Positions 11,260-23,137 of a stretch of 64,000 nucleotides of DNA are shown here, piece after piece. The position numbers were made by a program, and so were the translations under genes. The first letter of the stretch is position 1, and every line of letters begins with the position of its first letter. The notes beneath the pieces were generated by a model. The model ran no database searches. It had not been told where the DNA came from and worked only from the letters and a program-made list of their open reading frames with translations. The DNA comes from Diplonema japonicum. Its lineage: Eukaryota; Protista; Euglenozoa: Diplonemea. Location: assembly GCA_964019335.1 (NCBI GenBank), contig OZ025725.1, positions 62,001 through 126,000 on the forward strand, given 5' to 3'.

Positions 11260-12045
11260 ATGAGGAAAACCGCAGCACGCCTGGCGTGCCCGTACCAGAT
11301 ATTAGGTTTGGAGAAGGGTCCTACTTACGACCAAAGCGACCTGAAACGAAAGTACAGGGTGTTGGCAATGCAGAAACACCCTGACAGAGGAGGGGACGGG
11401 AAGGACTTCCTGCAGCTGCAGGACGCTTACAAGGCACTAAGGGACGGGAGGCCAATGCCAAGCGAGTCCTCATCAACACGTGCCCCATCACCGGACTGGG
11501 GGATACGACAGGAGAAGGCTTCGCAAATCGATATGACAATCCTCCCAGAGGCCATGTTTTTGTACAGAAACATGGTAGTGCACCTCACACCACCTGCTTC
11601 ATTTGTGCAGGCTGGGATGGTACTGTATTCCACAAGGGGAGCAGGCCCGAGATTCAAGGAAACAGTAATTATAATAGCCGAGGCCTCAGATCGCGGTGGT
11701 GTGATTGCTTACGCAATGAATCGGGCACAGTGGGGCGGGCCTTGTGGGCACAGGGGGCACGTTGTTCTGGTCCACGAGCACAGCAAGACCACCGCTTCCT
11801 ACACAACCACGCGCGAGGCGTGCGGTTTCTTTTTCGATGTGGAAGTGACCTCTGACAAAGTTGCGCGCCACCCCGGGTCGCGGCTTCTCAATGGGTACTG
11901 CGGCTGGGCACCAGGCGTTCTCGACTCGGCCGTGAAAAAAGGCAAATGGAAGCTTCTTGCCTCCTCGTCAGTGGTCTGGCTGCACAACACCCCACCCACC
12001 GAGCTTTACCATGCCGCAGTGGGGATGCCTGCATACAAAATCTAG
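11260..12045 (+). CDS. J-domain protein fused to a YqgE/AlgH (DUF179)-like domain
   Basis: PYQILGL...KHPDRGG...LQDAYKAL (J domain with HPD). FKETVIII...MNR...GGP and GYCGWAPGVLDSAVKKGKW (DUF179 GYxGWxxGQL-type motif). Confidence 0.8.
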   Translation: MRKTAARLACPYQILGLEKGPTYDQSDLKRKYRVLAMQKHPDRGGDGKDFLQLQDAYKALRDGRPMPSESSSTRAPSPDWGIRQEKASQIDMTILPEAMFLYRNMVVHLTPPASFVQAGMVLYSTRGAGPRFKETVIIIAEASDRGGVIAYAMNRAQWGGPCGHRGHVVLVHEHSKTTASYTTTREACGFFFDVEVTSDKVARHPGSRLLNGYCGWAPGVLDSAVKKGKWKLLASSSVVWLHNTPPTELYHAAVGMPAYKI

Positions 12046-12218
12046 ATTCTTTTTTTTTCTTCTTTTTTTTTTGAAAACGGGGATACAGTTTTACGCTGTT
12101 CTGGTCGTACCCCCCTTTCCTCCACGTTTTTTTTTTTTTTTTTTTTTTTCCCTCCCCTAATTTTTTCCCTCAGTCGACTACACACACACAAAAAAAAAAA
12201 AAAAAGAGAAATCATGCA

Positions 12219-13487
12219 ATGACCGACCTGTCTGTCCTGCAAGGCAGGTACTTGCACGATGTCTTGGAGGACGAAGCAGCTGGGACAGTAACCCTCCTTG
12301 GAAGTGGGGGGTACGTGGCGATACTGGAGGGTGGGAGGATAAGGCACAACGGGGGCAGGGCACAGGTCCCAGGGTGGGTAACCTACGCAGACGAAAACCG
12401 CATTACGCTCACACCATGCCGGCCGGGCATGCTGCGGGGACTGCGAAGGTGGGGCGTCACAACCGCAACCATAAAAACCATAGCCCTCTACAACCCAACC
12501 CACCAGATATTACACATCATGCTGGTCCCCACTATACGGATTGCCCGAGTCAAGCCCACTCCGTACCACCTCCCGTCACAAGGTGTCTACCATCACACCT
12601 CCCACCGGTACAAGTACCCTACCAACGATGCCCCTCTCTTGGAGACTGACATCAGCGCGTTACGAAACCAAGTAATATGGAAAATCGAAGCGGTAGGCGC
12701 GCCCTCACACGGGAACCTGTCCTACCTACAGCTGTGGGTGGGCTCCGGGGTGAAGCGAAGCGTGAAGGTCAAAGGTCTGGGAGTTAAGCTCGCGCTGTCA
12801 TACTGGGACCGGAGGGAAACCTGCTTCGAGAAGCTACAAAACGAACCTGTAAAAGGAATCGGTTGGGACCAGTTCCCTGCTGTAGTGCGGCGGACAAACT
12901 CGGGAACTCCGGGAATGAGCTGCTTCCTGTTGATGGAACCGGTGGGGCTGGCACCGCAATTTCTGCTATTCAGCTGGTGGTGCTGCCGGACAGACACACT
13001 ACCTGAAGACCTCCTCAAAGTGATCGAGACTTTCATTCCGAACAAATCCTGTCTCTCGCTGGGTATAGAGCTCAATTCGCAGGTCCCGTTCTACTCAACT
13101 AATACGGACGTTTCTTCCCTTCCTCTGGCACCGAGATTGTCTAGAATTCGGAATTTCATATATTGTACACCAAAGGGGCGGGCGACAGCCATGCGGAGAT
13201 TGGTGCTTGGGTTGACATGTCGCACGCATATGGCGATCCAGTCTAGTGCTCCGGAAGGGTTTACGTTGAAGGTTTTCTTGTGGACGAAGGATGCTTGTCA
13301 GAAGTACAAGGAGATCAGCATCCCGTCCATGATCTTCCTCTTCCCGGCGAAGATGGTCCGTATGAACTGTGGGCCTCCTTTCGCCTCGTTGTTTTTTCTG
13401 CTGCGGTCAACGGAGTCGGGTGTTAAGTTCGGTTTGGAGATCAATTCGTTGTCCAAACTGTTGGTGTATGAAGAGGAGAGTTGTTGA
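12219..13487 (+). CDS. hypothetical protein (422 aa)
   Basis: Long ORF, preceded by a pyrimidine tract plus CAG (about 12173) and an A-rich leader. Confidence 0.7.
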   Translation: MTDLSVLQGRYLHDVLEDEAAGTVTLLGSGGYVAILEGGRIRHNGGRAQVPGWVTYADENRITLTPCRPGMLRGLRRWGVTTATIKTIALYNPTHQILHIMLVPTIRIARVKPTPYHLPSQGVYHHTSHRYKYPTNDAPLLETDISALRNQVIWKIEAVGAPSHGNLSYLQLWVGSGVKRSVKVKGLGVKLALSYWDRRETCFEKLQNEPVKGIGWDQFPAVVRRTNSGTPGMSCFLLMEPVGLAPQFLLFSWWCCRTDTLPEDLLKVIETFIPNKSCLSLGIELNSQVPFYSTNTDVSSLPLAPRLSRIRNFIYCTPKGRATAMRRLVLGLTCRTHMAIQSSAPEGFTLKVFLWTKDACQKYKEISIPSMIFLFPAKMVRMNCGPPFASLFFLLRSTESGVKFGLEINSLSKLLVYEEESC

Positions 13488-13616
13488 GAGGAAATTTGAC
13501 AAAAAGAAAAAAAAAATAAATAACAATAATAATAATTGTGTGTTCACGTGCTCTCGTTTTACAATCCTATCTGTTTTCATGTAGGAGAAAAAGAAAAAGG
13601 AAAAAAAAAAGAAGCT

Positions 13617-13648
13617 TGGAAACGCGTTTCCTTGCCAACACAGCCCTA
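13617..13648. mobile_element. degenerate end of the TAGGGCTATGCTGGC MITE family
   Basis: GGAAACGCGTTTCCTTGCCAACACAGCCCTA resembles the right end (CGTTTCCTGCCAGCATAGCCCTA) of the copies at 34556 and 44488; followed by a G-run. Confidence 0.5.
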
Positions 13649-14212
13649 GGGGGCGGGGGAGGGGGAGGAAAATTTATGAAACACTGTGAAACAAAAAAAA
13701 AGGAAAATTATGAAGAAATTCCCGGAGGGGGAAAAAGGGGGAGGGGGGGGGAAGCCTGTCCGCCGTAGTGTTCAGGTTGTTCTTTTTTTTTTGACAGTTT
13801 TCCCTCCGTCTGCACGTTAACACATACGAAGGTTTTTCTATGGGTGTTTTTTTGCTTTACAGTAGTCCCCCCCGTCCTCTCCTTCTTTCCTTATTCCCTC
13901 TTCACCCTTCAGCATCCTTTTGTTGGTGCAATGGGAGGGAGGAAATGAAAATACCTTACCTACACAAAAAAAGAAGATCACCACCTTCTCGCCCCCCCCC
14001 CCCCCCCCTTTCTTTCCCACCCCATCCCTTGCAGCGAACGGAGAAATAAATAAGAAATTTTAGTTAAAAAAAGGGGCGCGGGGGGGGGGGGGGGAAAGGG
14101 GCCTTTTTTTTCTTACTTCCCTTCTTTCCCTTTTTTTATTTCTCATATTTCCATCACGACAATAAAAAAAAAAAAAACACAACAAAAAAAAAAAAGGTGG
14201 GTGTGGGACAAG

Positions 14213-16246
14213 ATGTCAAAGGCAACCTGGGCGCACAGGCTACCCACTCCGCATCCTTTCAAACCGGTTTTCCAGTCTTTCGCAAATGTACCCGGGTCGC
14301 GGGTCAACGGCTGGGAGGCAACGGCAATGGAGAACTACGAGCACGTCAAAGGGGGTGTGGTGAACATGAAGTCCCCTAAACAGATCAGAGACATGCGAAG
14401 AAGCGCAATGGACGGTATTCAAGAACAAGTTAGATCGGGACGCCCGCTGTGGGGGCTGGACACCATTCAAAAAATGTATATGAACAACGCTAACCCAACC
14501 CAAGAACATTATAGAGCAGTTTTGATAGGCTCGGTTCAATGGGACGAGCCGCAGACTGCAAAGGACTGTTGGGCTCTAATGGAACGACAAGGCGTGATGC
14601 CGGACGACAAAACAATATGCTGTTTCTTCGAGACATGCGCAGCGTTCAAACTACGCGATCTCGCAATGCAATGCTGGAACAGATACTGCAACGAGTTCAC
14701 CTTCCTCGAACACGGCGAAGCAGACCCGAAACCGATTGCACGGGAGAAACACTCTTTAACACGAGACGACCACTACACCCTTCCTTGGTGGAAAAAACAA
14801 TGGACGTACGACCCCAACAAAGACATCCCCGACGCCCACCGCTACAACAGAACACGCGATATCTACAGCTCCGCAATGACCGCCATGATAGCATGTGGTG
14901 AACCAGATCTTGCAGGACAGCTTCTCAAGGTTTTAGAGGACAAGCTCCCCTCGACCCCTACTCCGATTGGCGAACCAGTAACCGATCCCAACGTAGCGAT
15001 CCACGGGCACAACAACGTGAACGGGATGAAGAAGAAACCGGTTCGTTTTAGGATACCAAATATGTACCTTTTCACCTTGCGTCGGAACACCCGTGGTATC
15101 GACTGGATCCCGAACCACGAATGGGTCATGCAGGACCATCAGGTCGGACCGGCACACCCTACCCGTTCAAGAGACAACGAACATGGCGATCCAAGGTTTT
15201 ACAGCAATAAACAGTACCTTTTGTACGTGTACGAAAAGGCTATGCGATACACGGTGTGGAACAGCACCGACGAGCTCGACCGGTGGGTGGAGGAAAAGGT
15301 CGGTGATTACAACGATGAATTAAACTGGGAGGATTTTGTAACAGGGTACTTGAAAAGCTATGTAAAGGTCAGCAAAACCGCAGAGTCCGTGTACGGAAAA
15401 ATGCACGATTGGTGCGAAAAAAAAAATCTCAGACCGGTACCAGCGATGTACACATCAGTATTCAATGCCTTCACCCTTCACGGCAACGAAGGTGATGTGA
15501 CAGTTTCATCTGTGAACAAAGAGCTTCGCAAGACGAAACAAACCATTGACCTTGAGACACAAACTGCAATAATGAATGCGCTCCTGACATCGAACAGCTC
15601 CCCGCACGACTACTTTGTCAAGAACGTACTCCGCTCGTACAAGTGGGATAACGAACAGATAACCATCCTTCTAAAGGAGTACCGAAACATCGGTGATCAA
15701 GGAGACGTGGAAAAACAACGAGCATTATGCGAACGAGCCCACATCTGGTGCCAAAGGTACAACGTCGGCATGTCTGAGAAGAATAAACAGTTTATAGAAG
15801 ACGATTACGACAGGCTGCAGTTACAGGTAAGGACTAAAGAGGAGCTCCTTGTTTGGAAAATGAAGAGGCAACATGATATGAAGGATAGGCTGGTTCCTAA
15901 AATGCCAAACCCTATACAAGATAGGGTGACTCACACGCTCTCTGTGTCCGATCACGTGAACCCTGACCACCTTGAGCAGTGGGTTGTTCCCTACAGCAAC
16001 GCTGGCAGGAGCTTCACCTGGCAGCATGGATCGCCCCATGCAGCACCGAATACAACTGATGTGCGCGATTTGACGGATATTAACAGAGTCAAGTACCTCC
16101 CGCAGGACAACCTTGTCTCCCCCTGGGTTCGAAGCAGTGCGTTCTCGGGCAGCAACCGGTCCCAGTATCGTCCTGAGAGAGCGCATGAACGGCTTAACGT
16201 TAATAGATGGTTGGAGGAGACGAACAGGGCTTTCCCTGGGAACTGA
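14213..16246 (+). CDS. pentatricopeptide-repeat (PPR) protein, probably mitochondrial
   Basis: PPR-like helices AKDCWALMERQGVMPDDKTICCFFETC, IYSSAMTAMIACGEPDLAGQLL, LRPVPAMYTSVFNAF; basic N-terminus. Confidence 0.7.
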   Translation: MSKATWAHRLPTPHPFKPVFQSFANVPGSRVNGWEATAMENYEHVKGGVVNMKSPKQIRDMRRSAMDGIQEQVRSGRPLWGLDTIQKMYMNNANPTQEHYRAVLIGSVQWDEPQTAKDCWALMERQGVMPDDKTICCFFETCAAFKLRDLAMQCWNRYCNEFTFLEHGEADPKPIAREKHSLTRDDHYTLPWWKKQWTYDPNKDIPDAHRYNRTRDIYSSAMTAMIACGEPDLAGQLLKVLEDKLPSTPTPIGEPVTDPNVAIHGHNNVNGMKKKPVRFRIPNMYLFTLRRNTRGIDWIPNHEWVMQDHQVGPAHPTRSRDNEHGDPRFYSNKQYLLYVYEKAMRYTVWNSTDELDRWVEEKVGDYNDELNWEDFVTGYLKSYVKVSKTAESVYGKMHDWCEKKNLRPVPAMYTSVFNAFTLHGNEGDVTVSSVNKELRKTKQTIDLETQTAIMNALLTSNSSPHDYFVKNVLRSYKWDNEQITILLKEYRNIGDQGDVEKQRALCERAHIWCQRYNVGMSEKNKQFIEDDYDRLQLQVRTKEELLVWKMKRQHDMKDRLVPKMPNPIQDRVTHTLSVSDHVNPDHLEQWVVPYSNAGRSFTWQHGSPHAAPNTTDVRDLTDINRVKYLPQDNLVSPWVRSSAFSGSNRSQYRPERAHERLNVNRWLEETNRAFPGN

Positions 16247-16340
16247 TTTTTTTTTTGTGTTCCCCCCCCCCCCCCCCCCCACAGGGGGTATCGAAAGCCC
16301 CTGTCCCCTTTGATCAAAAAAAAGTGTTGGAGAAAAAGGG

Positions 16341-16375
<35 letters not shown>

Positions 16376-16531
16376 GTGACAAAGAAAAAAAAATGTTTTT
16401 TTTTTCTCTCCCCCCCTTCCCCCTTTTTATGAAACAATAATTATTAGTCGGGTTTTTTTTTTCCCTCGCGTTGCTGGGGGGGGGGGGGGGGGGGGGTGAT
16501 TCTACCCCCGAAAGGAAAAAAAAAGGTAAAA

Positions 16532-17830
16532 ATGATGAATTTTTTTAAATCTGTCAATCCCCAGAAAAATCTTTTTTTTAAATGATCGAAAAAAAGCGAA
16601 TCTTACATCACAATACACAAAATTTTCTGAAGCATCTGTGATCATGGACCCCCGCCCCCTTTCCACAAGGAACTTCATGATGAACTTTTTAAAATCTGTC
16701 AATCCCCAGAGGTCACCAGTGATTGAAAAAAAAATAAAATACATCACAACACACAAATCTTCTGAAACACCGTGATCATCATCCTGGAAAGCTGCACCCC
16801 AGGGTTTCAAGGAAAAGACAGGGGGAGATCTTAATTGTGAAGTTCACATTGTGCGTACCCTTAAATAGTGGGTAATTCGTTGCAAAGAACAAATCTTCAC
16901 AATCTTTCTGAATCAAAGAATTTCATGATGAACTTTTTTAAATCTGTCAATCCCCAGAGGTCACCCAGTGATTGAAAAAACAACTAAAATACATCACAAC
17001 ACACAAACCTTCTGAAACACCAGATCAGACCCGTTTAATGCGTCAGTGTAGTGAACGTGCAGCCTAGGACATTTAGGAGCATCACCATGGTGATCATCCT
17101 GGAAAGCTGCACCCCAGGGGGTAATGGGTAATTCGTTGCAAATCTTCACAATCTTTCTGAGTCAAGAATTTCATGATGAACTTTTTTAAATCTGTCAATC
17201 CCCAGAGGTCACCTAGTGATTGAAAAAACAACTAAAATACATCACAACACACAAACCTTCTGAAGCGCCAGATCTTTTTTTTAGTTCACACTGGTTACTA
17301 ATAGAACTACCCGGTAAGTACCATCTGAAGAAATCGTGTGCAAGTACAAAAGAATTATGCCTGGAGGGTCTTTTTATTTTATTTATTTTTATATAATGGT
17401 CAAAGTATTCATGATGCACTTTTTTAAACCTGTCAATCCCCAGAAAAAGTTTTTATTGATCGGGGAAAAAAAAAAAAAAACTTACATCACAACACAACTT
17501 TTCTGAAGCATTGTATCCCCTCCTCCCCCTTCCCCCACAAAGAACGTCATGATGAACTTTTTTAAATCTGTCAATCCCCAGAGGTCACCAGTGATTGAAA
17601 AAAAAAAAACTAAAATACATCACAACACACAATTTTTCTTTCTGAATCGTCATTGATCTATTTCTTTGTTCAAAAACACGGTGGGGCTACCTCTTGCACA
17701 CTAAAAGTAACTGCTATCTCTTACATGATGAACCTTTGAAATCTGTCAATCCCCAGAGAGGTTAGGTGTAAACCCAAACCTTAATGATAGAAAAAAAACT
17801 TCTTACATCACAACACACAAAATCTTCTGA
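16532..17830 (+). ncRNA. tandem array of 7 box C/D snoRNA copies (starts 16532, 16677, 16925, 17173, 17411, 17549, 17725); predicted SSU rRNA 2'-O-methylation guide
   Basis: Each unit of about 90-105 nt runs from box C ATGATGA (ATGATGC in copy 5) to box D CTGA. Guide AATCTGTCAATCC precedes a D' CAGA and is complementary to conserved SSU rRNA GGAUUGACAGAUU. Confidence 0.85.
17090..17160 (+). ncRNA. candidate divergent C/D-like unit (second, expanded copy at 16772-16911)
   Basis: GTGATCA...CCTGGAAAGCTGCACCCCAGG...TCTTCACAATCTTTCTGA occurs twice between the main snoRNA copies. Confidence 0.4.
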
Positions 17831-18006
17831 ATCCCTGTTGTGCGTAAATCGATCCGTGGGGGGGGTTTTTTGGAGGGAAAAAAAAAAGAACATAAACCAT
17901 AACCCCCCCCCCCCCCCCCCCCCTTCCCCCACAGGCAAGAAGGAAAACCAAGAAAAAAAAAGAGAAAAACAAAAAGGAGCGTGATAAGGAATCATATCAG
18001 TGGGAG

Positions 18007-18480
18007 ATGAATGGGCGGGGGAGGAGAAGAGTAGGAAAGGGATACCCAGAGGGAGGCAAGGGCGGAGGCGGATACCATGGAAGCGGTCATGAGGGCAAAG
18101 GGGGCCACGGGCAAGACAGGGACGGGGGGAACAGGGGCACTGGAGTAGACTACAGCTATCAAAGGGAAGCAAGGGGCACTTCTAGGAGAACACGGGCTGC
18201 CGAGAACGACAAACCAAAACCACCTACCACTGAAGGTCCCTCACCACCCCCTCCCCTTCCCACTGAGGAGGCAATGCTGTCCTCCTTCCCGGAGCCTCTT
18301 CTCCAACTCTCGCAAGTGCCCACCGTGACACATAATGGCTTGCAGTATGCACCCAGAGCCACTAAAATGCCGACAAATACGAACGTAATTGAGTGGCTCG
18401 CATCGAAGGCACCTGCAAGGGTCGGTGGGCCTCAGCAGCAGCAACAACAACAGCAGCAGCAGCAGCAGCAGCAGCAACAC

Positions 18481-18515
<35 letters not shown>

Positions 18516-19080
18516 GCTCCAGTATGAGATGGAGATGAGGAGGCAGCAAGAGAAGTGGCACCAACAGCAACAAGCGTGGCAACAACAGGAAGCGCAGGGT
18601 GCTCAAGAGGAGAATGACGAAGGGCTTAACATCAGCGACCTGGTCAGCCGGGGAGTCTTCAACAAGGAGCCAACCTTCAGTGCGTCGAACAGCCCTCCGC
18701 CGTTGGTGGATGCACCGAACCCCTCTTCTCCTACTGGCGAGCGGCCTCCTTCCCCACCTGCAGACAGACCGCCGTTGACAGAAACAGAAGAAGATGTCAG
18801 GCACCTCCTCAACCAGCTCCAGGACAGCCTGGGAGAAGAGGACAGACAATCTGAGAAACCACCCCAGCAACAAGTTCACCACCACCACCACCACCACCAT
18901 CATCATCACCATCATCATCACCACCATCATCACCAACACCACCACCAACACCAGCATATGCCACAACAAATACAAATGCTTATGATGAACCAGCTCCGCC
19001 AACAGCAACAGCAACAGCAACAGCAGCAGCAGCAGCATCACCACCAACAGCACCATCAGCACCACCATCAGCACCACCAT

Positions 19081-19111
<31 letters not shown>

Positions 19112-22100
19112 TCAAACAAGCATCTCAGCCCATGCTGCAACTGTCGCAGCAACAGCCCCAACAGCAGCAACAACAACAACAGCAGCAACAGCAACAACAG
19201 CAGCAGCAGCAGCAGGCGCAAGCCCAGCACGCTATTAAGCCAGTCATAATTAATGGGGCAGCTGCCCAGCAAGTGCTCCAGAGACAAGGCCAGCAAGTGG
19301 GCGGTCAAGTAGTTATGGCACAGATCCCTGGTCAGGGTAACGTGCTTCTCCAGACTGTGTCCACAGCAGCTCTCCCGCCCAGTGCATTGGCAGGCACCTT
19401 CATCAACGTGCAGAAGCAGCCTGTCCGAAACCTGCAGCAAATCATCACACCTCCGCACTCGCAGCTCCAAGTGCCGCAGGACGACAAGCGAGGCAACAAG
19501 AACAGGCAGGGAATGCAAGTACAGAACAATCAAAACCAGAAGAACAGAAGGGGAAGGAGGAACAACAACCAGAACCTAAGGAGGCAGAGGGAAGCAGAGC
19601 AGTTTGCGAGGTGGCAACAGATGATGGAAGACTCCCCGAGCAACCCTTACACTTTCTTCCAGCAGTCGAAGAACAGACAGGAATGGCTCGAGGAGTTTAG
19701 AAAAGAACACGAAGCAAGGCTAGCCAAGAAGGGTGATGTATCTCAGAAAATGCAGTCGCAGCTGGCACAACTGTCTGGCGAGAGGCCGGAGTCGAAGGTG
19801 GAGAGGCTGGACATACAGAAGATCTTGGATCTGATCAAGGAGAACCAGGTGACGTTCGTTGTAACGGAAACCGGCAGTGGGAAATCGACTAACGTACCGA
19901 AGGGGCTGCTGGAGACGGAGGCTGACGTCCTTGTGGGCACGACACAGCCTCGCCGCACTGCCACCATCAACCTGGCGAGACGAGTGTCTGACCTGATGGG
20001 TGAGGAAATCGGAGGACAGGTGGGGTACTGGATCCGAGGGGAACGAAAGGGTGACGAGAGCACCAAGCTGTGGTACATGACTTCGTACACACTGTTGCTT
20101 AGGCTCCTCAGCTCGCCCATGAAGCCTCCCTTCACGCACATCATCATCGATGAGTTCCATGAGAGGCAGCCCGACATCGAAGTGACAGTAGCGCTTCTCC
20201 GCATGTGCCTGCTGAGAGGCTGCGACTTCAAGCTCGTGCTCATGTCCGCCACATTGAACACCGAGGACTGGGTGTCGTACTTTGAAGGCCTCTCTGTGGG
20301 TGTTTACACCGAGTCACGAACGGACTTCCCCATCTATGACTACTTCCTCGAGGACTGCAGTACTCTCTGCGGCCTTGCCGTCATGCCTGCCAAAAACTTC
20401 ACCCCCGGTGCCGTCGCCTCGCTTGTTGTCGACAACGCCATCCTCGTGGCGCAGGAGGTCATCAAGAAGATCGCATCGATGTCGTTGCCCACGCAGGCCA
20501 TCCTTGTCTTCCTGCCAGGGAGGATGTACGTGGACAGGTTCAAGTTGTGGGTCAGACAGAAAATGGGCAGAAGACTTCACCCCGTAGCATGGCACAGTAT
20601 GGTGGAGCTTGCTGTCATCCAAGACGCCATAACCAACCCTGCACCCGACGGGAAGCAGAAGATCTACCTTGCGACAGATATCGCAGAGGTCTCCATCACA
20701 CTGCCTGATGCTGTGTTCGTGGTGGACCTGTGCCTTGTGAAGAGGCCGCACATCAACCCCGAGGTGCAGCCGTCGGTGTTGTACCCCCCCCTGGTTCTGC
20801 AGTGGATATCCTACGGGTCGCACCAGCAGCGAAAGGGGAGGGTTGGTAGGATGCAGCCTGGGTTCTACTTCTCGATGCTTTCGCAGGGCCATGTGGAGTC
20901 CCTCCCAAAATACCCTGTGCCGCCTATCTGCCACTCCCGTTTGGACGATCTCACCTTGCACCTCTTGCAGATATGCCGCTCGCCGTTCTGCATGTACTCC
21001 CTGTGCAGGAGAGAGCCCATCACAAAGGCCGTAACATCGGCTATCAAATCGCTCCTTGAGACGGGGTGTGCTGTGTACGAGGAGGAAGCAGAGCTCATTG
21101 GAGAGAGAGAGGCCCCCGGGGAGAGCCTCGGGTGGTCTGACCACATCATGGAGTCAATGGATACCGGGATGAAGGAAGAAGAGGCGAAGGCGTACCACAT
21201 CACATGGAGGGGGAGGTTGGTGCAGAGGCTGCCTGTCGCAGTCAAGGCGGGGATGTGCTGCTACTACGGGTCGCTGTTCGAGATGCCCGTGACGGAGCTC
21301 ATGGTCATGGCGACGGCGGTGATGCAGAACCCTTCTGTCTTTGTTGTCGTTGCCAGGCAGTCGCCTGAGGAGCGTGCAGCGGGCCTTCCCCCCAACCCTG
21401 GCGCCATGGGCGATGCCCTGGAGGCAACAGAGAACGTGATGAAGTCCCACGCCCTGGACACGTCGTCTGACCTCATCGCATGCATCTCTATCTACCTCCA
21501 CTGGAGGACATTCCTCGAATCCTGCGCGTCACAGGAAGACGAGGTTGCATGGTGTGCAGTCAATTTTTACAACAAAAACACAATTATCCACACATACACA
21601 CAGGTGCGATGCAAACTGTGTGTCCCAAGAGCGACTTCTCAACATCCATGACTTCTGCAGGCATATCCGTGCGGAGCTGGCAGTGTTCCTCACGTACATA
21701 CCTGCCGACGAGCCGACTCCTCAGGTAATAAAAGAAAGAACGAAACCAATATAAAAAACAGGAAATGCACAAGGAACTCGAAAGGCATAAGAAGACCATC
21801 GTACTGCTGGCGACTGTTGCAGCTCTCGACAACGGGATCAGGGTGACCAAGGAGGGTTCGGTGGTGCACAAGCAGAAGGAGGGCGGGGTCGCGTACTTCC
21901 TCTGCACGAAAGCGGTTCCAGACATGCACCAGGCCTCTGTGGTGAGGTGGTACGTGGGTTCCGTTGTAGTGTGCTCCAACATCGTATTGAGGCCTGGGTC
22001 CGCATCGGTGGTGGCGGGCTTTGTGGCTGACAACATACCGAGGTATAGAAGGGGAAGAAATTTTAAATCTAAAAAAAAAAAAAAAAAAAAACTCACAGCG

Positions 22101-22467
22101 AGTCGCGGTACTATGCGATGTGCTGCCTCTTTGCCCACTGCCTGAACTACAAGCGTCAGATCGACGATGCTGGTGCCTACGTGCAGATGTCTGTGACGTG
22201 GAATGGTGTCACAAAGTACTATGAGGTTGATGAGGCAAGCTTTGAGGCCATCACAGACTTCAGGAAGAAACTCTCGAAGGTTTAAAAAAAAAAAAAAAAA
22301 AAGAATGTACCAACCATTTTTTTTTCCCCCCCCGCACAGGTTATGAGTCTGACAAAGTACCGTCAGGAAAACCCAGACCTCACAGAGGAGGAGTTCGAAG
22401 AGCTGCTCGACAGTTCGAAGATGTCGTTGACGGAGCTTAGAAAGGTTAGTTTTCTTATTTTTTTTTT

Positions 22468-22498
<31 letters not shown>

Positions 22499-23137
22499 TA
22501 GGACGTGATTACGTCACTCCACTACGACCTGCTGGCAGAGGACACGTCCCTTCTTGTAGAAGAGGTCGAGGCTGCTGATTTCGATGAAGACCCAACAGAG
22601 GTACGCGGGAAAAAAAAAAAAAGAAAAAAAAAAAAACAGATCACGTATGACTACCTGCGATTCAGTGAGGCGCCCTCAGCTACACCGCCTCAGAAGGACA
22701 CTCTCAACCTTGTGAAAAAAGAACGGAGCAGTGCCAGCAGGGGGGCACGGTTGATCGGCGAGTCCTCGCCCCCCCAGACGAGCAATGAGGCAGAGCTGAC
22801 CCGGAGGCAGAGCGAGAGCCTGAAAAAACAAGAAGAGATGTTCAACAGAATGGACAGTGATGCAACTAGTTCCCCTGTGATGCCTTCCTTTGGGTTCGGG
22901 ATGGGTGGGACACCTGTGGGTGCGCCCATCAGCGCTGCTGAGGATGCGCCACCTTTCGGTGCCTTTTCTTCACTTGTGGTGGCAGAAGCCGAAATCGAAG
23001 CTCAGAAGCAGTTGACCGACGTTCCGCCCACCCTAGCGAAGTCTCTCTCGGATGAAGGAGAGCAACAATTGACGGAAGAGGAGCTTGCGATACTTGACGC
23101 TGCCTGTGCGAGCCCACCTGAATTGGAGGAAGATTGA
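18007..23137 (+). CDS. DEAH/RHA-family (DExH) RNA helicase with N-terminal Gly/Arg-rich and polyQ/polyH region; introns 21552-21603, 21725-21761, 22043-22098, 22280-22339, 22445-22501, 22601-22639
   Basis: Motifs ETGSGKST, TQPRR, DEFH, SAT, ATDIAEVSIT, QRKGRVGR. Six GT..AG introns give a continuous frame (EVAW-CDANCVSQERL...) to stop 23137. Confidence 0.85.
18433..19215 (+). repeat. CAG/CAA and CAC/CAT trinucleotide tracts (polyQ/polyH) within the helicase
   Basis: Directly visible repeats, in frame. Confidence 0.9.

Noticed and set aside
16532-17830. CRISPR-like repeat-spacer array
   Set aside because: Units are about 90-105 nt, degenerate and irregularly spaced, with box C/D motifs and an rRNA-complementary guide; eukaryotic context and no cas genes.
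18241-19533. 430-aa minus-strand Leu/Val-rich ORF
   Set aside because: Antisense shadow of the polyQ/polyH codons of the helicase.
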